The position numbers and the translations under genes are program-made. Positions 6,677-14,145 of a DNA stretch of 14,145 nucleotides are shown one piece after another. Positions within the stretch are counted from its first letter, which is position 1. Each line of letters begins with the position of its first letter. Source of the stretch: Oligoflexales bacterium (GTDB taxonomy: Bacteria > Bdellovibrionota_B > Oligoflexia > Oligoflexales > Bog-1112); assembly GCA_045105515.1 (NCBI GenBank), contig JBGCDR010000357.1, positions 1 to 14,145 of the forward strand. Reading direction: 5' to 3'. Below the pieces are notes generated by a model. The model searched no databases. It was not told the origin of the DNA and saw only the letters and a program-made list of their open reading frames with translations.

Positions 6677-8014
6677 TTAGTTTACAAAGGCCTCAGTCGT
6701 AAAAGAAATATTTCCTTCCTGTAGTGAAAAGAGAGCCTCAATAAAGGTGGATGTATGCATTTGATCTTTCTGCCTATAGAGCTTGATCTCATATTTTTTC
6801 TTGTTCGCTCGGGTGCTTATCTTAGTTTCTTTATACTGAGGACTATTCTCATCCCAATGACGAAAATCTCTCGCTTTGGCATTAGCAGCTTGCCACACTC
6901 GAAGCTCGCTAATATCAGTATTGGACCAAATATTTATCGTTTCACCTACTTTTTCCCAAGATATTTCTGGAATGGCTTTGCTATCATCAATAAGTGAGAA
7001 ATAAGTAGCCAGACTATTAAGCTGAATTTGGCTAAATTTAAATTGATGCCCGGCATTAGGGAGAAACATTATCCGATTTTCACCAATAAGATCCTTAAAG
7101 TAAAACTGACTACTATCAGGTAAAAAAAACTGATCATTTCCCGAATTTATGATGAACTTTGGAACCTTAAGTTGCCGACGATATTTATAAGGATCAATTA
7201 GCTCCATCAGGCTCGCAAACTCCTTTCCAAACATTCTTTTTGGTATATTAAATTTCTCATAATCTTTAAGCACTGGAGACCAATTACCGTAAATTTTGAG
7301 ATGGTGCTTCATAGATTTTTGTACATTCAGCACATCAATAACTGCTGGTATAATTGCCTTGACTGCGGTGTCTACTACAGGCAGCAGCCAAACTACCCAT
7401 CCCCTTTTAGATTCTCCATAGGCAACATAATCATTGATTACTATATTTTTCTCTTTAAGAAAATTTTTAGCCACTCTAAATCCCAGATATGCAGCCTTAA
7501 GCATGGGCAGCCGAGGGATGTACTTCATATCTCTACTTTTCAGGTATTTATCCCATCCATACGCTATGATAGCGTCTTCTTTCAATGGCTGTTTAGAATC
7601 TTTAAACTTGATTGGTTGATTAGGAACATTTCGAATTTCGATCCCAATGGCATTGTTTTTTAGACTAACATGCTCAACAACTGGATGAATATTTTGTGGA
7701 ACTTTTTCATTACGCTTCCCATTCGAAATTCTATAGAAGCATGTATCGGAATCAACTTTCTTAGGAATAATAATTAATATATTGTGATGCCAAATAGGTT
7801 TATTAAGCTCTGTGCCGTCCATCCATTTTAGAGAATTAAATGAAATATTATAGAGCTTATATTCTCCCTTGTCTGAAATTAAAGAAGACCCTAATACCTT
7901 GGTTTCTTTCTCAAATGCCTTTATGTAATCCAATAATATTCTTTTGCCACTTGCAAACGCAACTGCACTATAAAAATAAAATGTAAAAGCAATGAACTTT
8001 ATCTTAAATGTCAT
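6677..8014 (-). CDS. Exported PqaA-family (PhoPQ-activated pathogenicity-related) alpha/beta-hydrolase-like protein
   Basis: Signal peptide (..SAVAFA|S) plus W.H...IIIP, VPNQP..F, EDAIIAY.W, RLPM.KA, GESKRGW (nucleophile elbow), IDPY.Y...L.VPK, DQFFLPD and PNAGH. Confidence 0.88.
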   Translation of the reverse strand: MTFKIKFIAFTFYFYSAVAFASGKRILLDYIKAFEKETKVLGSSLISDKGEYKLYNISFNSLKWMDGTELNKPIWHHNILIIIPKKVDSDTCFYRISNGKRNEKVPQNIHPVVEHVSLKNNAIGIEIRNVPNQPIKFKDSKQPLKEDAIIAYGWDKYLKSRDMKYIPRLPMLKAAYLGFRVAKNFLKEKNIVINDYVAYGESKRGWVVWLLPVVDTAVKAIIPAVIDVLNVQKSMKHHLKIYGNWSPVLKDYEKFNIPKRMFGKEFASLMELIDPYKYRRQLKVPKFIINSGNDQFFLPDSSQFYFKDLIGENRIMFLPNAGHQFKFSQIQLNSLATYFSLIDDSKAIPEISWEKVGETINIWSNTDISELRVWQAANAKARDFRHWDENSPQYKETKISTRANKKKYEIKLYRQKDQMHTSTFIEALFSLQEGNISFTTEAFVN

Positions 8015-8284
8015 TTTGATTGCTCGCTATACAGATAGTATATCTAGAATTTTATCACGGAAAATAGCACTTCCCCTAAATTCCTTGATAGAACTTTTCC
8101 AACACTCCCTTTTAGGCACTTGGTAGATAGTTGTATTCTGCATTCAAGATTAAGTTTACTTGGTTTGATATAGACAGTGTTCACGAACCTTATTATACCG
8201 AACATTCGATATATTTAGCACCTTTATTCATTTATTATTAGTGCCATATGACTTTTAAAAATCGAGATTGTAGCCTTTTCGACG

Positions 8285-8360
8285 GAGATTCCGAATGGGG
8301 AATCTCTTTGAGAATAATTCGCTAGAGATCCCTCCAATCGTTTCGCTCCTTCGGGATGAC
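8285..8360. repeat. REP-like palindromic element plus adjacent perfect hairpin
   Basis: GAGATTCC-gaatgg-GGAATCTC hairpin (8285-8306). 8325-8360 reads GTCATCCCGAAGGAGCGAAACGATTGGAGGGATCTC on the - strand, like GTCAT...GGATCTC dispersed palindromic repeats. Only one copy in the window. Confidence 0.5.
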
Positions 8361-8426
8361 TTAGAATATGACAAAGGGAGGTTTAAGTGTAGTGTATATT
8401 CTCGGGCCCAGAAACTAATAATAGTT

Positions 8427-9485
8427 CTAGTTTAAATAGCTAACAAGCAAACTATCTTTAAATTTTACTGCTAGTACTCTACCATTTTCAGCAAGATCCA
8501 TAACCGGGACATATGGCAAATATAATCCTGAATATTCGGCAAGGTTAGCTGTATCAAGTAAGAGAGATTTGGTGTTCAAAGACCTTATTTGGATTGTTGA
8601 ATTTTTTCCTAATACTAGAAAAAGATTTGCATTTGGCCTTGGAAGAAGCTTACTAGGGCCACTGGATGCATAGCTAGATGATGATAATTCCTTACCATTT
8701 AAAATATCATGTTCACTGAGATTTTGCCCGGCACCAACGTATACCAGGCCAGCTTTATTCCCGACATCATAAGGAGAGCTTTTTGAAGACAATAAAACCT
8801 TTTGCCCATAATTTGGTTGCTGCCTTTCATATATTCTAAGATAATTATCCTGTGAAAGAGAAACGACTAGATCATCGGTGCTGGAGATGGCCTTAACATC
8901 CTCACCTCTAGCCGAACTGGGTTTATCTGCAAAAATCTTCTCAATAGAAAAATCTAAGGGATTAACACTGTACAGACTAGGGCCTTCACCATAGCGCCCT
9001 AAGCCAAAATAAATCGTACCATTTTCCGCAATATGGTTGGAGGTTACGACACCTTTCAATGCCACACCTTCGAACTTTAGATTATTGCGCTCTAGATCAT
9101 AGGGAGGGAACATAGAGATTTTATTAAGGCGAATTTCGCGTTGATTATCGGTAAAAACGATAAGTTCACTACTATCTGGAGTGAACTCTGGATAAAAATT
9201 TGGAGCTACAAAGACACTTTCTTCGTGAAACTCGGTTCGAGATAATTCCTTGAGACCTTTTAGATCATAAACAACTAAAGTATACGCTGCCGTATGAAGA
9301 CTACGATAATCATCATAGCACACCACTGCCAAATAACTGCTATCAGGACTTACTTTGACTGCCTCTATGCCAATACGACATGGATCTTGAATTTTTAAAG
9401 TTTGATCATGTAGATTAGATCCATAGGACTGGGGAACGAAAATACTAAAAATCAACGAAATACACATCAAAAGATTCTTCATCAT
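8427..9485 (-). CDS. Exported beta-propeller (WD40/YVTN-like) protein
   Basis: ORF 8427..9530. The likely start is ATG 9485 after AAGGGA, giving signal peptide MMKNLLMCISLIFSIFVPQSYG. Blade-like motifs: VSPDSSYLAV, FTPDSSELIV, VVSLSQDNYLRIYE, LGKNSTIQIRSL, LAENGRVLAV. Confidence 0.7.
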   Translation of the reverse strand: MMKNLLMCISLIFSIFVPQSYGSNLHDQTLKIQDPCRIGIEAVKVSPDSSYLAVVCYDDYRSLHTAAYTLVVYDLKGLKELSRTEFHEESVFVAPNFYPEFTPDSSELIVFTDNQREIRLNKISMFPPYDLERNNLKFEGVALKGVVTSNHIAENGTIYFGLGRYGEGPSLYSVNPLDFSIEKIFADKPSSARGEDVKAISSTDDLVVSLSQDNYLRIYERQQPNYGQKVLLSSKSSPYDVGNKAGLVYVGAGQNLSEHDILNGKELSSSSYASSGPSKLLPRPNANLFLVLGKNSTIQIRSLNTKSLLLDTANLAEYSGLYLPYVPVMDLAENGRVLAVKFKDSLLVSYLN

Positions 9486-9799
9486 TTTCCCTTTCTTAAA
9501 AAAGCATTTACTTCCATAAAATTCTGTCAAATAAGTATCACAATATGCTTGTTCCTAAAATACAGTAAATTAATATGGGGATACTATTTTAACCTAACTT
9601 TTGCTAAATATTATAGTCCTTCAGCTATCTCAAATTTAATAGAATATTTAAATGAATAAAATGCTTTAAAGGATTTTGTTCATATTAAAAGGAGCTATTT
9701 TTTGTCAATTTAAGCATTTTACTTCACTCATTAAAATTGTCTCAGTAAAGTAACGACCCTCTATTTGCATGAAAATATTCAGAATCTTAGGAGGTTTGG

Positions 9800-10374
9800 A
9801 TGAATTTTCGCTTTTGTCTTTACCTAATATTTTTTTTACTAGTGCTTGTTTTTATGCTTCTGACTCTAATCGTAAAGATAAAAAGTAAAGAGGCCTCTGT
9901 ATCAATTAATTATGAACTCGCCTCCAACAAGCAAGCAAACAAGCAAAATACTATGATAGCTTCGATGAAAAATGCTCTGATATGCTTTTACTTGAAAAGT
10001 GAGACAAGGCAATGATAAATGAAAATGGTTTCTCACCTGAACGAGTTGGCAGCAATGATCCGCTTACAATCTTCGATGAACGAATTTATGAAGGATACCA
10101 AATAAGTCAGTGCGGACTAAGTTTTAATCAGGATACTTTAAGTTCTATTGCTGTGGAATTGAATTCAGGAACTACAATAAGGCTAATGACAATTGACCTA
10201 GAGGGATTACAAGCGAGATAAAATTTAGATACCAGGGCCAAAGTGCATTATAAAAAGAAAGCCGAGTGTAACCAAAGAAATTTATATTACGACATACCGT
10301 TATCTGAATCGGACATCAATAAAATATTCAATTCCGACTGCCCTAATTTAACACTGATTATGGGAAACGGATAG
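9800..10374 (+). pseudogene. Probable degraded gene for a membrane-anchored/exported protein
   Basis: Strong SD GGAGG before ATG 9800 and an N-terminal TM segment. ORF 10012..10221 continues in frame past TAA for 50 open codons to TAG 10374. The same frame is open upstream of TGA 10000 back to an AAGC-rich repeat at ~9926-9947. Confidence 0.45.
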
Positions 10375-10572
10375 ACCAATGCGGAGAAGCTGAACAGATA
10401 ATCTGCAAACTACAGTGACCTTACGGCTTTATAAGATATTTCTAAGAGCGGTCTAGGTTGGGTTCCCGAAACGACAAAAATTGACCCCATCGATACGGAA
10501 TTTATAACCCCCGCGCAACTGTATTTAGAACCCCTTAAAATAAGAAATGAATAACTTAAGCCTGACACTACC

Positions 10573-11403
10573 TCAATTTTGAATAGTTAAATAAGGGTAA
10601 TCTTCTAATAACTTCCGTGTTGATGACTCATTCATATTTTCCCTGGTTATTCCAAGGAATTCAAAATTTGGACCCAAATTTTCAAACTTAAACTTTTTAA
10701 GACCTGTATCATGCGCCATAATATGGTAAAGATCAGTATTTTTAATAGATAAGGAATCTAGTGGATTACCCGAAAGATATAAATACTGTAACCTAGGAAG
10801 AGAACTAATCTCGAGGGTGCCGATTAGATTGTCTTCCAAATTTAAGCTTTGTAAACTATCCACACCAAGTAGATTGTATTCGCTGATCAGGTTACCACTT
10901 AATACCAAACGATTAAGATTTTTAAGCCCATTTAAAGGTCTTAAATCCTTAATTTTACTATATGCAAAATCTAGCTCTGCAGCTTGGGATAGAACATGAA
11001 AAACATCATCGCAGCTGCTTTCATGTGGCATATTATTGATATTGATCAGCTTGTTAAACACTCTAAGGACGGCATCCCCTTCCTGAGAAGACAATTGGGA
11101 TAGATTTTTGCATTTAAATAAGAATGTACTCTGACAGGTTTTAGTTTCTGAGTCCCAAAACCAAAAATTAGAACCTCTTTGCAGACATTCTGCCCTTATT
11201 TCCATTTTTCGAACAGAAGCATGGCCGTATAATTCATGCGATATTTGGCTAACTTTCGCTGCATCAGCATAATTTAAGAAGCTGAAAATAAAAGTCTTCA
11301 TTTCATCTTGCATCTGCATGAGAACCATTTCATTAGGTTCAGAAGCAAAAATAGAATTGCTACACATCCCTATAAAAAAAGCAAATATATATAAAATCCT
11401 CAC
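10573..11403 (-). CDS. Exported leucine-rich-repeat protein with an N-terminal F-box-like segment
   Basis: GTG start after AGGAG and a signal peptide (..NSIFA|S). LRRs: IKDLRPLNGLKNLNRLVLSGNLI, LQSLNLEDNLI, LQYLYLSGNPL. aa 28-63 resemble an F-box. Confidence 0.85.
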   Translation of the reverse strand: MRILYIFAFFIGMCSNSIFASEPNEMVLMQMQDEMKTFIFSFLNYADAAKVSQISHELYGHASVRKMEIRAECLQRGSNFWFWDSETKTCQSTFLFKCKNLSQLSSQEGDAVLRVFNKLININNMPHESSCDDVFHVLSQAAELDFAYSKIKDLRPLNGLKNLNRLVLSGNLISEYNLLGVDSLQSLNLEDNLIGTLEISSLPRLQYLYLSGNPLDSLSIKNTDLYHIMAHDTGLKKFKFENLGPNFEFLGITRENMNESSTRKLLEDYPYLTIQN

Positions 11404-11440
11404 TGGTATCTCCTGAATGGAATAAAGTTAAATATTAAGA

Positions 11441-12559
11441 TTAATTGTAAAAATAAGGCATCAACATCTCGTTGAATTTTCTAAAGGGATTTTTATTTGA
11501 TTTAGTTCTATTTTTAAAATCAAATTGAGTTTTTTTGAGTTCGGGTCCCGCACCGGTATTAATCGCTTCATTGACCTCTGCGCTAATTGTCTTTTCAGAA
11601 AATATCAAGCTAATAAAGCCGAGTGCGTTGCTTTGAAAATCGCTTCTTTTCTCATAGAATTGTCTAGCCATTGAATGATTTCCGGCTGCTCCAGATACAA
11701 TTTGTGGTAAAGGGTCCTTATGAATATGTCCGCAATCAAGATTAAAAACCTGTAAACTATGTTCGTGCCCAGCAATATACATATCTGCTGACTCACATAG
11801 GATCTTGAATAAATTTGCGCTATCTGTCTTGCCAACTCCTAGAAGTTCTTGCGTGTCGTTGTTTTTTCCGTCACTGATAAGAGGATGGTGTCCATACACT
11901 ACCTTCCAAATAGATTTAGAATTTTTAAGCTTATCGCTTAGCCAATCCATTTGCTGATCCCAGTAAGACTTCGATTCTAGCCCAGAATCTTCAAATTTAT
12001 TAAATCTCGAATTTAAAGCGGGGTCGGTATCAATTGCAAAAAATTCTACATCTTTTCCTGCATTAAAATTATAAAAACGGGAGGGCATGTTCCACAAGCG
12101 TAAATCCCCAACTCTAGGGTTATCGACATGATTTGAAAAATTTATCTGCGCTTTCCAGTCGCCAAATTCATCCACCCCATGACACCCGTAATCATGATTT
12201 CCTAAAACTGGAAAAAATGGAAAGTTGAGGTCTTGGTATATATCAACAAACTTTTCAATAAACTGTGGGTCATCTACACTATCAACACCGTATGGATAGA
12301 AGTTATCCCCTAAGACAATCCCCAAATTATAGGCATAATTTAGATGATCTTTAGCTATTAGTTTTTTTACGATCATCTGATTTTCTCTAGTGACTTCACC
12401 AAAATCACCAAATGCTAAAACCTTTAATTTAGGAGTATTCGGGTTTTTTGCCAAGGCACTCGTGCTAAGTATAATCAGAAATAAGAACAATGATTTGGAA
12501 TAATTCACAAAATTAGTTATTGGTCGCACATAATCACTAAATTTATTAAGAGGACTCAT
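11441..12559 (-). CDS. Metallophosphoesterase, purple acid / tartrate-resistant acid phosphatase-like, probably exported
   Basis: All five metal-binding blocks present: GDFG, GDNFY, GNHDY, VYGHH, AGHEH. Hydrophobic leader ending ALA|K. The ORF track starts at 12586, but ATG 12559 is the likelier start. Confidence 0.92.
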   Translation of the reverse strand: MSPLNKFSDYVRPITNFVNYSKSLFLFLIILSTSALAKNPNTPKLKVLAFGDFGEVTRENQMIVKKLIAKDHLNYAYNLGIVLGDNFYPYGVDSVDDPQFIEKFVDIYQDLNFPFFPVLGNHDYGCHGVDEFGDWKAQINFSNHVDNPRVGDLRLWNMPSRFYNFNAGKDVEFFAIDTDPALNSRFNKFEDSGLESKSYWDQQMDWLSDKLKNSKSIWKVVYGHHPLISDGKNNDTQELLGVGKTDSANLFKILCESADMYIAGHEHSLQVFNLDCGHIHKDPLPQIVSGAAGNHSMARQFYEKRSDFQSNALGFISLIFSEKTISAEVNEAINTGAGPELKKTQFDFKNRTKSNKNPFRKFNEMLMPYFYN

Positions 12560-12908
12560 TTTTTTCCCACCTTTTTTCAAAATCACATAATGTCATTTGA
12601 TCTCTGATCCGAAAGCTAGGATTTTTTCGGTCCAAAAAATATTGATTTGTTTGTGCGGGAGTTTAGCTAAAAAACCAGAAAACGTCAACTAAAATTAAGA
12701 TAAATGATAAAATTGATGCGAAAAATACATCTTAAAAGTTAGTTGGAAGGCAGAATTAATGGCATAATATCAGGCTATAGCAGAAGCGTTACGGAAGTTA
12801 TAATTCTATAAATATCTAATTTTAAAGATATCCTCTCATTTTATCTAAGTGGAATCTTAGAATAAGCCGATAGTACCTGTCAATTGACCCAACACTAGGA
12901 AACATACC

Positions 12909-14021
12909 ATGACTATGAAAATTGGCAAGTATCTTAGTATTTTAGTTGCTGTAACTTCGATCCTTGCCTGTCGACAAAAGGCAAGTGAGCCTATCCAAGC
13001 TGTTGAAAATAAGAAGGCAACCAACAATAGACTAAACCCTAAGACCATAGATCTGTATCTAGATTCAGTGACAAGGACAGATATTCAATACATCACCGTG
13101 TCTTTATCACCAATCAAAGAAAGCTCCGTAGATCAAAAAGTTGTGGCAGAAACTGAGGAATCATTTGGTTTGGCAGGAGGGTTAGGCTTAACAGACGTAG
13201 AGAGTGCAATCTATCCCCAGTACCCTATAGTTCCAGATGCCTTAGCCATGGATAAGGCTATGGGGTTACGATATTATACCCCAGAAGAGTTAGAAACTCG
13301 TAGAGTTGCTATTCTTCCTGATGGAACTGTAATCGACTATAATGGTGCCCCTTTAAGGCCTGGAGACTGGATCTTTGTGATGGATGAAACTGGGAATATT
13401 TATATTGATGAAGATATCAGAGGAAAGGTTCATCATTCTTCCTTTTTTGGAGGAAAGAACATATCAGCTGGTGGTAGTCTCCAAGTCGATGAAACGGGAA
13501 AGTTGATTCGATTTAACAACTCAACTGGACATTATAAAGTTCCACCCGAGTCTAATTTTAACTTTTTAACCGAACTTAGTAAAAGACAAGTCGAGTTAAA
13601 AGAATTAAGAATGGGTACTTTTGGAGATCCAGAAAAGTTAATGAATGTTTCTCCCGGAGAGTATGCTCATGATCCAAAAACGTTCTTTGAAAATAAGCCG
13701 GATTTCACAAAGATAAACGGCCAATTAAATGAGTTAACTAAGACTAAATTGAGTATAAGAGAGCAATTCGGCAATCTTAGAAAAGATTATGTCAAGCAGC
13801 AGGAAGTAATTAGTGACCGCGAAGATATCAGTGTAAACGAGAAGAACCAATTGCTCAAAAAAGCATATACTGATTATGAAACAAAAGAACTCTTAGTTAG
13901 CAATAGATTAAAAGATTTAACAATCAGAGAAAAAGATGTATTAAGTAAAAAAAATAACTACTATTCGTCCTACATCCAAAGGTATACAGGCAAACACACA
14001 CCAGAGATGAGCACTGACTGA
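12909..14021 (+). CDS. Lipoprotein with a central IQM-like (HHSSF-GG / GHY) domain and a C-terminal coiled coil
   Basis: RBS AGGA; lipobox ILA|C21. aa 120-230: YYTPEE..RRV....GTV....G......WIFVMD..GNIY....RGKVHHSSFFGG....AGG.L.V...G.L....N.TGHYK.P. Heptad-rich charged C-terminus. Confidence 0.8.
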   Translation: MTMKIGKYLSILVAVTSILACRQKASEPIQAVENKKATNNRLNPKTIDLYLDSVTRTDIQYITVSLSPIKESSVDQKVVAETEESFGLAGGLGLTDVESAIYPQYPIVPDALAMDKAMGLRYYTPEELETRRVAILPDGTVIDYNGAPLRPGDWIFVMDETGNIYIDEDIRGKVHHSSFFGGKNISAGGSLQVDETGKLIRFNNSTGHYKVPPESNFNFLTELSKRQVELKELRMGTFGDPEKLMNVSPGEYAHDPKTFFENKPDFTKINGQLNELTKTKLSIREQFGNLRKDYVKQQEVISDREDISVNEKNQLLKKAYTDYETKELLVSNRLKDLTIREKDVLSKKNNYYSSYIQRYTGKHTPEMSTD

Positions 14022-14145
14022 ACTCTAAAAACTCGTCATACAAGCCGAAGACATATTAAAAATCAATTTTCGCACAGATTAGGTATTATGCTGAATTTAC
14101 ATATGAATTCAGGAAATCTGTGGGCATGAAACTAAAAAATATCAA

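Noticed and set aside
6755..7663. Three + strand ORFs (6755-6997, 7301-7663, 7434-7619)
   Set aside because: All antisense within the PqaA-family gene, with no recognisable motifs. The CWYNCLDC in 7301-7663 is treated as chance.
10817..10999. 60-aa + strand ORF
   Set aside because: Antisense to the LRR repeats; its periodicity mirrors the sense gene.
11605..11835. 76-aa - strand ORF
   Set aside because: Out-of-frame overlap inside the phosphatase gene, across its conserved motifs.
12857..13048. 63-aa hydrophobic - strand ORF
   Set aside because: Mostly antisense to the lipoprotein's signal and N-terminal region; no support for independent expression.
1..14145. CRISPR array, tRNA or rRNA genes
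   Set aside because: No regularly spaced repeats, cloverleaf or rRNA-like segments seen in any intergenic region.

Overview
AT-rich bacterial accessory region; the protein style loosely suggests Oligoflexia/Bdellovibrionota, but this is not established. (1) The left edge probably holds the left end and first 11 codons of an IS30-family element on the - strand. (2) 1053-3743 is a tightly coupled five-gene RiPP operon of the bufferin type: a Sec-exported four-Cys DUF2282/BufA1-like precursor, an MNIO (DUF692) enzyme, a short DUF2063-like partner, an ECF sigma factor and a single-pass anti-sigma factor. The family is known, but this copy is a variant: no DoxX/BufD gene, regulators downstream, a non-NrsF-looking anti-sigma and an extra His beside a modifiable Cys. 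(3) A divergent LysR / glutathionyl-hydroquinone reductase / pirin module follows, with visible LysR boxes and a pirin that may carry a twin-arginine leader. (4) The right half is a run of exported proteins with eukaryote-like domains: a PqaA-family hydrolase, a beta-propeller, a signal peptide + F-box-like + LRR protein, a purple-acid/TRAP-type phosphatase, and a lipoprotein with an IQM-like 'HHSSF..GG...GHY' domain. It also contains a REP-like palindrome and a probable decayed gene. All family calls come from motif recognition by eye; no searches were run.
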